Counted from the stretch's first letter, positions 1 to 9,888 are shown. The stretch is DNA of 32,000 nt from Nanobdellota archaeon (GCA_018898425.1 JAHIHG010000039.1:12725-44724); one strand, 5' to 3'. The notes: generated by a model from the sequence alone, not told the origin. Translations and numbers: made by a program.

Positions 1-2359
1 GATTATGTTGCTCAGCTAATTTCATTAAATCATGAAGATATCTATTTAATTTTTGTTGCCTGTCTGCTAACTGCCCTCTTCCGGCAAACTCTGCTCTAAA
101 ATGAGCTGTTAAAGAATCTATAATCAATAACTTAATTGGCTCTCCTTTTTTAACCATCTCTGTAATTTTTTCTAAAAGCAGCATTTGATGGTCTGAATTA
201 AAAGCTCTTGCAACAAAAATATTTTTTAAAACTTTTTCAGCATTTGCGCCCAATCCCTCTGCAATTTGTTTTATTCTTGCAGGTCTGAAAGTTCCTTCTG
301 TATCAATAAAAACACATTTTCCTCCTGCCCCTCCTTTTTCTACAGGAAGCTGCACATTTACAGCCAGGGTTGAACCTAATTGAGTATTATGCATCATAGT
401 AGGCATATTTCCCCCCACAAATGAATGCCCCTCAGGGACAACAAAATCATAAACATAATCATCATACTTAATTGCCTCAACACTCTCAACAACATCCCAT
501 CTAAATTGTCTTACTTTGAAAATTATTTCTAATGCAAGAGAAATCTTATTTAATCTATATTCTAATGCTTCAATAATTGCTTTTTTCAAAATACCTTTTT
601 TTCCATCAGGCAAATTTCTTAAAACATAATTCCTCATAGAAACTTTTGTAACTCCTAATCTCCCTGAAAGAGAATTAAATGCAAATGGAAGTTTGGGATA
701 AATTGAATGTAATAACTCATTAGATAAATTCTTTCCCTTAAGTTTTGTCACAATACTTCTAAAAATTACACCTTGCTTTAGGAAAATTAATTCAATCTCA
801 TCAAGAGTTTTTGAATTAATAACTTTTGTAAAAGAATTCCTAATTAAATGCCTATAAGCCATGTTATTTGTTGATTTACCTATTAACTTCTTCTGTCTTC
901 CGCGGTTACTTCCAATACTTTCCTTATAAAGCTCTCTTAAAAAACCAACAATATTAGAAGGATAACCATAAGCACTATTTCGAATTAGACAATCAAATTT
1001 TTTTAATTTAAATTTTATATTTTTAAGTTTTTCTCTATCTTCTCCAGACACCCTTACAATTTTAAAACTCTTTCCATTTACAATTTTTTCTTTAATACTT
1101 GCTGCAATCCCCAATCTTAAAAAAAGATAAGTCAACTGGCTTGCTAATTTTTGACTTTTTGTTGTTATAGAAATATCATTCATTCTTACTTCAGCATCTC
1201 CGTCAAAATACCCCCCTAAAAATGATGAAATAACATTTTCACTTGAGAGAAAAATTCCTTCTGGAATAAATTTTGTTCCAGCATTACACTTATCCAAACC
1301 ATCCATCAACACTCTTGTATTGCTTCTTAATAAAATAGTGTAAACAGGTTTTTCCCTTCTTTTATCCACTCTAATAGTAGGTAAATAGCCAAACTTTTTC
1401 TCCAGATAATCATAAATCCAATTTTTAATTTTTTCTGAACCAGTAGAAATAGAAAAAGGATTAGATGTTCCTTCAGCAACAAAAATCCCAAGAAAATATG
1501 CATCATCCTCGTCATAAACATTTTCTGTTTCTAGATTAATATTATTTGGGCAGGCAATTACATCTCCCTGCCTTAAAAATCTGCTCTGCTTCCAATTCAT
1601 TCCTTTATCAAAACTAAGCAATTGATGTTTACCTGTTATCTTGAGGATTCTCCCCCTTTTTGTTTTTACAATAAAAAGATTTTTCACTTTTTCCTTATAT
1701 AAATGACTAGCTTTTACAACTTTCAACTCATCGCCAACTAAAGATAAAACCTTGACAGTATTTACAGGAATTGCCTTGCCTTCTTCAAACTCAAACTCAT
1801 GTCTGTTGTGATATTTCTCATATGTCTGTTCTATTGTTTCCACATGCATTCGCACATCATTGAAATAACTAACAAGGGTGTCTTTGCTTACACATTTCCC
1901 ACTCCCATACCCCCCAAATGCTTCTGTAATAGCCTTGCTTTCAATCCCTTTTCCCCCAAGAAGTTCATCAAAACTTTTGCTTCCTGTTGTAATATGAAGA
2001 ATATTTTCTCTTTTTTTAGCATATTCTATTCCATCTGAAAAACCTAAATCAAGCATGTCTCTTGCAGCCTGAATTGCTTTTCTTGCAACTGCCGGGCTCA
2101 CCCCTGCAGCATCACTAAGCGCAGCAGAACTCATTACTGCCAGGGACATTAAATCATAAATACCAGCAGATTCAAGTTTTGCAGAAACAGCAGGTCCAAT
2201 GCCAGGTAAATCAGTTAATGCATAATCTTTTTTCACCTCTTTTTTTATCTCTTTTTTTTCCTCATTTTCCTCCTCAGAAGATTCCTTTAAATTTTCGCTC
2301 ATATTGGATGAACCAGAAATAGCTTTTTTAATCTCTTTAATATCTTTCTTCACAACCAT
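1..2359 (-). CDS. radA: DNA repair/recombination protein RadA; C-terminal end runs off the window; interrupted in-frame by an intein
   Basis: ATG at 2359-2357. N-terminal HhH region ([25 protein letters not shown]). Walker A GGYGSGK is followed directly by Cys at 1894-1892. The extein resumes at 385 with [14 protein letters not shown]...[13 protein letters not shown]...[13 protein letters not shown]. My by-eye translation found one continuous frame (codon tops = 1 mod 3). It is absent from the ORF track because there is no stop inside the window. Confidence 0.9.
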   Translation of the reverse strand, partial: MVVKKDIKEIKKAISGSSNMSENLKESSEEENEEKKEIKKEVKKDYALTDLPGIGPAVSAKLESAGIYDLMSLAVMSSAALSDAAGVSPAVARKAIQAARDMLDLGFSDGIEYAKKRENILHITTGSKSFDELLGGKGIESKAITEAFGGYGSGKCVSKDTLVSYFNDVRMHVETIEQTYEKYHNRHEFEFEEGKAIPVNTVKVLSLVGDELKVVKASHLYKEKVKNLFIVKTKRGRILKITGKHQLLSFDKGMNWKQSRFLRQGDVIACPNNINLETENVYDEDDAYFLGIFVAEGTSNPFSISTGSEKIKNWIYDYLEKKFGYLPTIRVDKRREKPVYTILLRSNTRVLMDGLDKCNAGTKFIPEGIFLSSENVISSFLGGYFDGDAEVRMNDISITTKSQKLASQLTYLFLRLGIAASIKEKIVNGKSFKIVRVSGEDREKLKNIKFKLKKFDCLIRNSAYGYPSNIVGFLRELYKESIGSNRGRQKKLIGKSTNNMAYRHLIRNSFTKVINSKTLDEIELIFLKQGVIFRSIVTKLKGKNLSNELLHSIYPKLPFAFNSLSGRLGVTKVSMRNYVLRNLPDGKKGILKKAIIEALEYRLNKISLALEIIFKVRQFRWDVVESVEAIKYDDYVYDFVVPEGHSFVGGNMPTMMHNTQLGSTLAVNVQLPVEKGGAGGKCVFIDTEGTFRPARIKQIAEGLGANAEKVLKNIFVARAFNSDHQMLLLEKITEMVKKGEPIKLLIIDSLTAHFRAEFAGRGQLADRQQKLNRYLHDLMKLAEQHN
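386..1894 (-). mobile_element. RadA P-loop intein (503 codons) with LAGLIDADG homing-endonuclease domain
   Basis: Starts with Cys (CVSKDTLV) right after GSGK and ends ...PTMMHN, followed by extein Thr. Two LAGLIDADG-type motifs: LGIFVAEGT and [11 protein letters not shown]. Removing it restores the canonical GSGK-TQL Walker A. Confidence 0.85.
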
Positions 2360-2412
2360 AAAATTCTAAGAAAGAGTTTGTTTATAAAGATTATCCGGAT
2401 AACAAATATAGA

Positions 2413-2871
2413 TTAGAATATATCTACAAAAAACCTGAGAACAAGGAATAAATCAGCAATTAAAAAAACAACAAAAATCATTGTTTCTAATTTACCTCCT
2501 GTCCTTATAATCCCTCTTATTTTTCTTTTAAAAGGATAAAGAGGTTTTATCCCATTTTTTGTAAAACCATCAGCAATTAAATGCAATCCATAACCTAAAA
2601 CAAACCCAAAAGCAATTTTCTGATAAAATAAGATTAAAAACAAGCTAATTAAAAATAAAAAACTAAAACTGTGTAAAATTCCCCTATGCCTTACAAAAAA
2701 CTGCAAAATTCTTAAGATTTTTTTCTTGCCTAAAGTAGAAAATTTAGAATCAATATCAGGAAGAATACTGGAAATTAAAGCACTAATCAAAAAAACAATT
2801 TTATATTCAGCAAAAGGCATTAAAAGTAAGACAAAAAATAAAGTTATTGCAAGATGTGTGTAAATTAACAT
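2413..2871 (-). CDS. Membrane-bound metal-dependent hydrolase, YdjM/DUF457-like
   Basis: 152 aa, polytopic. Motifs THLAIT, DIDS, HRGILHS and HLIADGFT..G resemble the YdjM family. Confidence 0.45.
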   Translation of the reverse strand: MLIYTHLAITLFFVLLLMPFAEYKIVFLISALISSILPDIDSKFSTLGKKKILRILQFFVRHRGILHSFSFLFLISLFLILFYQKIAFGFVLGYGLHLIADGFTKNGIKPLYPFKRKIRGIIRTGGKLETMIFVVFLIADLFLVLRFFVDIF

Positions 2872-2895
2872 TATAAATTATTTCTTCTCTAAAAT

Positions 2896-3159
2896 TTATT
2901 TTACCATTCCACTTAAATAAGGCATTTCTTTTTCAATAAATTCAATAATTTCTTTTTTATATTTTGAATTTAAAGAAATTGCTCTATATTGTGGTTTGTC
3001 ATAAATAATTATCCAACCCTCCTTTGAAAGCTCTTTTATTATTTGTTTTAAATTGGAAAATTTTTTGAAGTGCTCTAGTCTATCATATTTTGCACCCCAG
3101 TTTCCTTTTCCTCTTGCAAGCTTAAACATTAATTGCGCTTTTTCTACATTTAATGACAT
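2896..3159 (-). CDS. Small hypothetical protein (possible DNA-binding)
   Basis: 87-aa ORF, basic, divergent from a wHTH regulator gene and sharing a symmetric intergenic region with it. Confidence 0.35.
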   Translation of the reverse strand: MSLNVEKAQLMFKLARGKGNWGAKYDRLEHFKKFSNLKQIIKELSKEGWIIIYDKPQYRAISLNSKYKKEIIEFIEKEMPYLSGMVK

Positions 3160-3180
3160 AAAAAATATAAAATTTTTAAA

Positions 3181-3236
3181 TATTTAAATGTTTCTATCTT
3201 TGATAGTTAATCTATTATTATAGAAACATTTAAATA
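3181..3236. promoter_or_regulatory. Perfect 17-bp inverted repeat (TATTTAAATGTTTCTAT / ATAGAAACATTTAAATA) with 22-bp spacer in a divergent promoter region
   Basis: Arms at 3181-3197 and 3220-3236 are exact reverse complements. Each arm contains a TTTAAATA TATA-like box facing one of the two divergent genes. Confidence 0.5.
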
Positions 3237-3283
3237 ATAAGATAAATAATAAACTTTATTATTAATAAATTAAAAAGTTCAAA

Positions 3284-3622
3284 ATGAAACAAAAAGAAAA
3301 TAAATCATTTTTTCTATTACAATTCGGTGATACCCCTCAATTAAGAGTTTTAGATTTTTTAATAGAAAATCATTTTTGGGATTTTCCAATAACTGAAATA
3401 GCAAAGGAAAGTAATGTCAGTTATAATTCTCTAAAAGTATTTTTTGAACAATTTCTTAATTCTGGAATTCTTATTAAAACAAGAAAATTAGGAAAATCCA
3501 ATTATTATAAATTAAATACAGAAAATCAATTTATAAAAAATTTAATAAAACTTGATTGGAGTTTAACAAAAAGAAATATTTTATCAGAAACAGAAAAACA
3601 AAAAATTCCGTCTTTGTACTAA
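3284..3622 (+). CDS. Winged helix-turn-helix transcriptional regulator
   Basis: LRVLDFLIEN....ITEIAKESNVSYNSLKVFFEQFLNSGILIKTRKLGKSNYYKLN is a typical ArsR/MarR-like wHTH layout. Confidence 0.55.
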   Translation: MKQKENKSFFLLQFGDTPQLRVLDFLIENHFWDFPITEIAKESNVSYNSLKVFFEQFLNSGILIKTRKLGKSNYYKLNTENQFIKNLIKLDWSLTKRNILSETEKQKIPSLY

Positions 3623-3623
3623 T

Positions 3624-4568
3624 TTATTTCTTCTCTAAATTAGTAATTAATTCATCTAAATTAACTTGTTCAACCTTATCAACAATAAATTCAGGATTAT
3701 TGAAAAACTTGTTCATCCTCACATTTCCAGAAAAAATCATTTCTTTGCCCAATAAATCTTCTTTTTGATTTAATAATCTCTCTGGATTGTCTAATTCAGT
3801 AAGCCCCAGCTCTCCAAGAGAATCATGAAATAAAACACCTCTGATTGATTCTGTGCCGTCATCTAAAACAATATTTATCAGGGCTCTTTTTTCAGGAATA
3901 ATTTTCCCGTGTTCATTGCATACAAAATCCTCTCCTTCTTGTCCAGGTTTTTTCTTGCACTCAGGACAAACATGAAAAAACCTTGGCTCAAAACTCTGAA
4001 CAACAAAAGCCCTTACACAGGCACTATCACCAACTTTAAAATCAATTATTTTTTTCTCTTTGACAATCTTCTCAATTTTAACATTTTCTAAAATTTCTTT
4101 GCTTGGTTTTAATTCAGAAAAACTTCCGAGATGTATTTCATTATCTTTTACAGTTGCGTTAAATATTTCAACCACACTTCCTATTTGAATCTGGTTTTTT
4201 TCAATTAATGCAATATGATTAGTGTCCCATAACACAACCTTGATATTAGAAGTTTCATCTGCACAAATAAAATTAGCTACCTTATTATCCTGGCCATTTC
4301 TTGTAAATCCTCTTACAGGAAACAAATTAATAATTTTTCCAACAGTATTAACCTTTCTCATTCCAGGCAATAATTCATCTATTTTTAACCTCTCATTATC
4401 AAAAGAAATGCCAAGCTCAGCAGCAATAATCTGCGCAGCACCTTCCTTGCTAATCAAGCCAGAAAGTTTTGCTCTTTTAGCTTCTATTTTTCTATCAATT
4501 TCCTCTTTATCAACTCCAGCAGATTTAGCAATCTTTTCCAGAATTTTCTCATAATTTCCTTCAACCAT
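3624..4568 (-). CDS. Replication protein A-like ssDNA-binding protein (OB folds plus zinc ribbon)
   Basis: OB-fold pattern VGKIINLFPVRGFTRNGQDNKVANFICADETSNIKVVLWD, a second OB-like segment, and a zinc motif CPECKKK...CNEHG. Confidence 0.7.
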   Translation of the reverse strand: MVEGNYEKILEKIAKSAGVDKEEIDRKIEAKRAKLSGLISKEGAAQIIAAELGISFDNERLKIDELLPGMRKVNTVGKIINLFPVRGFTRNGQDNKVANFICADETSNIKVVLWDTNHIALIEKNQIQIGSVVEIFNATVKDNEIHLGSFSELKPSKEILENVKIEKIVKEKKIIDFKVGDSACVRAFVVQSFEPRFFHVCPECKKKPGQEGEDFVCNEHGKIIPEKRALINIVLDDGTESIRGVLFHDSLGELGLTELDNPERLLNQKEDLLGKEMIFSGNVRMNKFFNNPEFIVDKVEQVNLDELITNLEKK

Positions 4569-4718
4569 TAATTAGAAAAATAACTCTCATTTTTAAGTAT
4601 TGTGATAGTAAAAAAGAGGATTTATCAAAGTTAAACAAGATTATTTCTAAAGATTATATTCAAATTATGCACATATCAGCACACAAATATTAATAATTAC
4701 TTTTATCTAAAATTAAAA

Positions 4719-5540
4719 ATGAATAATCCAAAAAAAAATATTATTGATTATACTTCTCAAATAAATAAAGGACTGAAATTTTTTGTAAAAAATAATTTAG
4801 GTAAGAAACTTGCATATATAATTTTGAGTAGTTCCTTATTGTTTAGCAATGCCAGTTGTATATCCAGGCATAACAATATGCTACACAATACAGAAAAAAA
4901 ACAAACCCTTGAAAATAAAGTAGATAAAAATTCTTTTGAACTCAAACCGTATATTGGAATAGGAACCTTATCTACTAAAGAAAAAGATCATCAAAAAGCC
5001 ACAGGCCATAAAGTCATGACAGTTGTTGGGGTTGATTTAACAAAAGGGGAGAAATTCAAAAAAGGTTTAACATTTGAATATGGGGCAATGGGAGAACCCA
5101 CAGATGATGACCAGGAAATGATACATGATTATCTTAAACTATTTTTAAAAGCTAAATATGATCGTTCTTTAGGAAAAAAAGGTTTTACAATCTCTCCCCT
5201 CATAGAATTTGGAGGAGAATTTTGGAGGAGAAACTCGCCAAAAGGTGATAAAGCAAATGATTTTTTTGGAGATCTTTTATTTCTTGAAGTTCGTCCAGGA
5301 ATTGAAATAAAAAACAAAAACAAATATTTAGAAGTAAAAGGCATTCTTCCAGTATGGTCATACACAGATACTGGGCACAAGCCAGATGGAGAAATAGGAT
5401 ATGCAGTAAATGCAGGCATTATTTTTAATAAAAAAGTTGATTTTAAACTATTTTATGATAGAACAAGGTTTGATGAAGATGGAACTCAAACCCCTTTTGA
5501 ATTGCAAAGATATGGATGCTTAATAGGATTTACATACTAA
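4719..5540 (+). CDS. Secreted or lipid-anchored beta-rich hypothetical protein with OMP-like C-terminus
   Basis: N-terminal hydrophobic signal (LAYIILSSSLLFSNASC). Alternating hydrophobic beta-strand pattern in the C-terminal third, ending ...LIGFTY (aromatic terminal residue). Confidence 0.45.
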   Translation: MNNPKKNIIDYTSQINKGLKFFVKNNLGKKLAYIILSSSLLFSNASCISRHNNMLHNTEKKQTLENKVDKNSFELKPYIGIGTLSTKEKDHQKATGHKVMTVVGVDLTKGEKFKKGLTFEYGAMGEPTDDDQEMIHDYLKLFLKAKYDRSLGKKGFTISPLIEFGGEFWRRNSPKGDKANDFFGDLLFLEVRPGIEIKNKNKYLEVKGILPVWSYTDTGHKPDGEIGYAVNAGIIFNKKVDFKLFYDRTRFDEDGTQTPFELQRYGCLIGFTY

Positions 5541-5612
5541 AAATTAATTTTAAAATATTTTTTAATTTTAAATTTCAGCAAAATTTATAAACCTCTTCTA
5601 ATAAAATAAATT

Positions 5613-5882
5613 ATGGGAATTTCAGCAATTAAAATAAAAATAATGCCTTCTTCACCAGAAATTAATCTAGAAGAATTACAATCAAAAATAAAATCTTTAG
5701 TAGAAAATCAAGGTGGAAAAAACAAAGAATATGTTGAAGAACCTATTGCATTTGGATTAAAAGCCATAATTGCATTTTTTGAATGGCCCGAGGAAAAAGA
5801 ACTTGAACAGCTTGAACAAAACCTGAAAAACATAGAAAATATTAGTTCTATTCAGGTTATTGAAATGAGAAAGGTTGCTTAA
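5613..5882 (+). CDS. Archaeal translation elongation factor 1-beta (aEF-1beta)
   Basis: 89 aa. IKIMPSSPEINLEEL...EEPIAFGLKAII...IQVIEMRKV matches the conserved aEF-1beta pattern (KVMPESP...EEPIAFGL...). Confidence 0.85.
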   Translation: MGISAIKIKIMPSSPEINLEELQSKIKSLVENQGGKNKEYVEEPIAFGLKAIIAFFEWPEEKELEQLEQNLKNIENISSIQVIEMRKVA

Positions 5883-6062
5883 AAACACTAAATTTTAATT
5901 GCCATTCATGTTTCTAAAAATAACTCTCTTTCATAAATAATTTACAAAAAGCTTATTTAAATAAATATCACTAAAACATTCTTTATCACATTCAACACAA
6001 ATTCTATAAACTATTATTTATATATTATAATAAGTGTAAATTAATTATAATAAATATCTAAA

Positions 6063-6689
6063 ATGGCCACACTAACCTCAGAACAATTACAGCAAGCAAA
6101 AGAACAAATCATCCAGCAAATACAATCAACTTTTCCAGAAGACAAAAAAGCTTCTGCAATAGCACAGCTAAATTCCATGGATGAAGAACAATTAATTGAA
6201 TTCCTAAAACAAAATAATTTAATTAAAGAAGGAGAGCCAGCACAACAAAAATGTATTTTTTGCTCAATTGTTGAGGGGCAAATTCCAAGCTACAAAATAG
6301 ATGAAAACAATTCATCAATAGCAATTCTTGAATTAAATCCTATTTCAAAAGCACACACAATAATTATTCCAAAACAGCATATTCCCAGCTCAAACAAGCT
6401 TCCAAAACAGGCATTTTCTTTAGCAGAAAAAATAGCTCAAAAAATTAAAACAAACCTTAAACCAAAAGAGGTTAAAATTGCCTCTTCAAACCTGTTTGGG
6501 CATGAAATACTGAATATCCTTCCTGTTTATGAAAAGGAGACACTTGAATCTCCAAGGCACAAAGAAGAAGAAACAGAATTATTAAAACTTCAAAAAAAAT
6601 TAGAAAAAAAATCAAAACCCAAATTAATTAAAAAACCTAAAATTAAAAAAATTAAAGAAAAACTTTGGCTTCCAAAAAGAATTCCTTAA
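6063..6689 (+). CDS. HIT-family protein with a degenerate histidine triad and Lys-rich tail
   Basis: The CIFCSIVEGQIPSYKIDENNSSIAILELNPISKAHTIIIPKQH core is HIT-like. Where HxHxHxx is expected the sequence reads GHEILNILP. The C-terminus is KKPKIKKIKEK-rich. Confidence 0.6.
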   Translation: MATLTSEQLQQAKEQIIQQIQSTFPEDKKASAIAQLNSMDEEQLIEFLKQNNLIKEGEPAQQKCIFCSIVEGQIPSYKIDENNSSIAILELNPISKAHTIIIPKQHIPSSNKLPKQAFSLAEKIAQKIKTNLKPKEVKIASSNLFGHEILNILPVYEKETLESPRHKEEETELLKLQKKLEKKSKPKLIKKPKIKKIKEKLWLPKRIP

Positions 6690-7528
6690 AACAAGTAAAA
6701 AACAAAATCAACAAAAAACCAGAGATAAATTAAAATTAAAAAACTAATTAAAAAAACAGGAACAAACGGAATTCCCTGCTTTATTTTAATTTGCTTGTAC
6801 TTCTTTTTTATTAACTGAATATCTTTTTGACTTAAGCCATCCCAGTTTGCCTTGATTAATCTTTTTCCAACCTTGATATTTTTATACAGCCAGTCACCTT
6901 CTGTTAATTTATTTACTCTTACTTCTTTAATCATGCAAACCTCTTCAATTGCTTTTGCATAAAAATAAAAATAAGGAAGTAAAAAAAACAACACCCCGAA
7001 AGCCATCAACAAAGGATTAATAAAACCAAAAATTACCAAACAAATTCCCAAGCATGAAAGCAGGTAAATAATTAATTTATTTTTTTTAAATTGCCTTGAA
7101 AATTCTTTTGTAAAATTTTTAAAATTTTTTATACTCAGGGCAAAACCCCAGAATAATCCATAAAAAGAACCTATAAACAAAAACACAATTAAAAATACAA
7201 TAAAAATTCTAAGATTAATTAAAAAATATCCAGAAAAAGGCAATATAGCTCCAAGAGCAATCATAAGTTTTGCATCTCCTCCTGCAAAAATTCTGCTATA
7301 ATAAAATAAATTGCCTAAAATAAAAAAAATCCCCAGCCCAATCAACCCTTGGTAAAAAAAATTAAAACTTGTTTCAGAAAACAAGCAATAAAAAAATCTA
7401 AAACCCAGTGCAAAAATTATAAGGGAAAAATTAACCCAGTTTGCAACCTCCCTTGATTTTAAATCCTGAATACTTGCAAACAAAATCCAGATAAATCCAA
7501 TCACCCATAAAAACATTATTTCATACAT
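6686..7528 (-). CDS. Prepilin/preflagellin (class III signal) peptidase, A24 family
   Basis: Polytopic, 280 aa. First Asp motif SIQDLKSREVANW and second Asp motif FAGGDAKLMIALG. Adjacent to the pilin-like gene array. Confidence 0.75.
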   Translation of the reverse strand: MYEIMFLWVIGFIWILFASIQDLKSREVANWVNFSLIIFALGFRFFYCLFSETSFNFFYQGLIGLGIFFILGNLFYYSRIFAGGDAKLMIALGAILPFSGYFLINLRIFIVFLIVFLFIGSFYGLFWGFALSIKNFKNFTKEFSRQFKKNKLIIYLLSCLGICLVIFGFINPLLMAFGVLFFLLPYFYFYAKAIEEVCMIKEVRVNKLTEGDWLYKNIKVGKRLIKANWDGLSQKDIQLIKKKYKQIKIKQGIPFVPVFLISFLILIYLWFFVDFVFYLF

Positions 7529-7705
7529 AAAAGAAAAATGTAAAAAGTGTTTATAAAATTTGCTTGCATTCTAAATTATAACACCCTGCAAGTTCTTCTA
7601 AAATTACTCTCACAAATGCTCTTAATATACAATCTATTAATAAAAAACTCTTAATAAGCTATTAACTATATCTTTCTCCTGCAAACCCCTTTAAGCTAAT
7701 TCAAT

Positions 7706-7828
7706 TTACTTTTTCTTTTGAGAAATCCCACTTATCCTGTATTTCCCACCTTTTTTATAAGGATGTTTTTTCTTTTCCTTTTTTTTATTCTTTCTTTTAT
7801 TTCTTTGTTCAGAATCTGCCATAGCCAT
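7706..7828 (-). CDS. Possible 40-aa highly basic small protein
   Basis: By-eye ORF MAMADSEQRNKRKNKKKEKKKHPYKKGGKYRISGISQKKK in an otherwise empty 340-bp gap. No family recognised. Confidence 0.2.
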   Translation of the reverse strand: MAMADSEQRNKRKNKKKEKKKHPYKKGGKYRISGISQKKK

Positions 7829-7867
7829 GTTTAAATTAAAGAATTAATGTTTAAAATAGTTTTGGAA

Positions 7868-8383
7868 TTATTCTGCAGAGCAAGTATGAGTTATTAGTGT
7901 GTTTTTTGTATCTAAATACTGAACAAGTTTTCCAGCAATAACTCTATTATTTTCTTTAGGACAAGCCGTTTTTGCATTATCTAAATTAATTTCATCTGAT
8001 AAAATTATATCGCAATCAATGGAACATTTTTCTATGCCATACTGAGATTTTTCCTCCGACAAATAATAACAAGTAACATTTTTCAAAGTTTCTGTCTTTT
8101 CTTCAGTGTTTAATTCTCTCTTAACCCTGCAATAATCATAAACATTATTTGTAGAACATGCAATACTACAAGCATCAACAATTGTTTTAACATTATTTGA
8201 AGGTTTTATCCAAGGGGCAATATTATCCCAGCCAGCTATAAAACCAAATACAAGCATCACCAAAACTATTACTCCTAAAATAATTAAAATAATAGCATTA
8301 GTGCTTAAACCCTGACCTCTCTGGTTTTTTGGAAAAAAACTTGAATGAGGGGAAATCCTTTTTACCTCTTTTTTATTATACAT
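7868..8383 (-). CDS. Pilin-like protein with class III signal peptide and 8-Cys globular domain
   Basis: N-terminus ...KNQRGQG/LSTNAIILIILGVIVLVMLVF. The C-terminal domain has 8 cysteines. Last gene of the pilin-like array. Confidence 0.55.
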   Translation of the reverse strand: MYNKKEVKRISPHSSFFPKNQRGQGLSTNAIILIILGVIVLVMLVFGFIAGWDNIAPWIKPSNNVKTIVDACSIACSTNNVYDYCRVKRELNTEEKTETLKNVTCYYLSEEKSQYGIEKCSIDCDIILSDEINLDNAKTACPKENNRVIAGKLVQYLDTKNTLITHTCSAE

Positions 8384-8429
8384 AATTAATTCACGGTTGT
8401 TTTATTTATAAATATTTCCTTTAATTTTT

Positions 8430-8711
8430 TTAATCAATAGAAAATTCAACTGAAAACAAAACCCTTTTTTCCCACCATTTTAAGGGATTTAATCCAAAAG
8501 AAAAACTTGTTTTTTCTTGTTCTGAATAACGAGAAGTAAGTGAATTTGTTTCTATCTGAGAATTCATTTTTTCAATTAATCCAGTCCCAATTAAAGAATA
8601 TTGTTTTATTGATATGCTTGAAGAATAAAAACTAAGCAAAGCTATACTGCAAACTGTGAAAACTCCTATCACAAAAATAATTACCGGAATATCAGCTCTC
8701 TTATTTTTCAT
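8430..8711 (-). CDS. Pilin-like small protein (class III signal peptide)
   Basis: MKNKRA/DIPVIIFVIGVFTVCSIALLSF. Confidence 0.5.
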   Translation of the reverse strand: MKNKRADIPVIIFVIGVFTVCSIALLSFYSSSISIKQYSLIGTGLIEKMNSQIETNSLTSRYSEQEKTSFSFGLNPLKWWEKRVLFSVEFSID

Positions 8712-8946
8712 TTTCTTTTTTTATCCATTCATCAATTGTTGCTTTATTATCTTCTTTAATAAGATAAGCCAAGGATGTTTTTGACTTAATCCAATCAACT
8801 TGTTTTTTTGACTCTTCATAATTTATCTTTGTTGTTTTTGCTAAAAGAGATGAGGTATATATAAAAATCATTAACATAACAATCACCACAATTGTAGCAA
8901 TTATCCAGGTCATTGTATTGCTTATTTGAGCTTTTTTATTTAACAT
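8701..8946 (-). CDS. Pilin-like small protein (class III signal peptide)
   Basis: MLNKKAQ/ISNTMTWIIATIVVIVMLMIF. Overlaps both neighbouring genes. Confidence 0.5.
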   Translation of the reverse strand: MLNKKAQISNTMTWIIATIVVIVMLMIFIYTSSLLAKTTKINYEESKKQVDWIKSKTSLAYLIKEDNKATIDEWIKKENEK

Positions 8947-9463
8947 TTTTTTCTGTTTTTCTTACAACTGACAAAATTTTAATTAAATACTGATTTTGAT
9001 TTTTATCCAAAGTGTAAAATCTTCTTTCAATGCATTTTGCTAATTTTTCATATTCATTATCTTCTTGGATTTCACAACTAGAAATTAAACCTGTATTTCC
9101 TGCAAACACTTCTTCTGAAATAAGCTGTTGCTGCACATTATAAAAACTAATTTGAATATAATACTGTTCCTTCTCTTTCCAATTATATTCATCCTCTACA
9201 TTAAAATTTAAATTGCACAATTTCAAAAAATTATCTTTATTTAATAAAATTTTTCCTTCATCATTAATTATTTTTTCCCTTAAAGAGCCCTTATAACTTA
9301 AGCAATTTGCAATATTATTTGCTAAAATATTTGCTTCTAATTCTCTTGAATCATAGGGATTGCTATAAAACGCATAAACCATTGCAAAAATACCGCCTGC
9401 TACAATAATTAAAATAGCAAACCAATACACTGAAATTATTTTATCTGTTGCCTTTTTATTCAT
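8936..9463 (-). CDS. Pilin-like protein (class III signal peptide)
   Basis: MNKKA/TDKIISVYWFAILIIVAGGIFAMVYAF. Confidence 0.5.
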   Translation of the reverse strand: MNKKATDKIISVYWFAILIIVAGGIFAMVYAFYSNPYDSRELEANILANNIANCLSYKGSLREKIINDEGKILLNKDNFLKLCNLNFNVEDEYNWKEKEQYYIQISFYNVQQQLISEEVFAGNTGLISSCEIQEDNEYEKLAKCIERRFYTLDKNQNQYLIKILSVVRKTEKNVK

Positions 9464-9851
9464 TTTGATTATAATTATTTATTGAAAAAATATAGTAAAC
9501 TTCTTCACTAACATAAGGAGGTGAAACATCAACATTATTAAAAAAAGAATAAGTATAACCACTATTTTTACTTAGCTTAATCTGTATAATATTATTTTTT
9601 ATTTGAACAACATCTTCAAAAGGAATTCCATTTTTTTCTGCCAGTTTTTTTGCTTTTTCCATATTTAATTTAAGCAACATAGAAGGTTGAGAAGAATCAA
9701 TTAACAAAGCAATTTGTTTTGCATAAGATTGCTCTAAAATAATTGCTCCTGCTCCTTGTTTAAAAACAAACAAAATAAGAATTGTGAAAAAAACCAAATT
9801 CAAGATAATAAAAATTATATTTTCTGTAAGAATATTTCCTCTTTTTTTCAT
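9456..9851 (-). CDS. Pilin-like protein (class III signal peptide)
   Basis: MKKRG/NILTENIIFIILNLVFFTILILFVF. Confidence 0.5.
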   Translation of the reverse strand: MKKRGNILTENIIFIILNLVFFTILILFVFKQGAGAIILEQSYAKQIALLIDSSQPSMLLKLNMEKAKKLAEKNGIPFEDVVQIKNNIIQIKLSKNSGYTYSFFNNVDVSPPYVSEEVYYIFSINNYNQNE

Positions 9852-9888
9852 AACTATAAAAGAAAAATCTAATTAATAAAATTATTGA

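Noticed and set aside
1327-2038. Track ORFs 1327..1521(-) and 1799..2038(+) inside the radA region
   Set aside because: Both are out of frame with, or antisense to, the continuous RadA-intein reading frame, and they have low-complexity hydrophobic translations typical of shadow ORFs.
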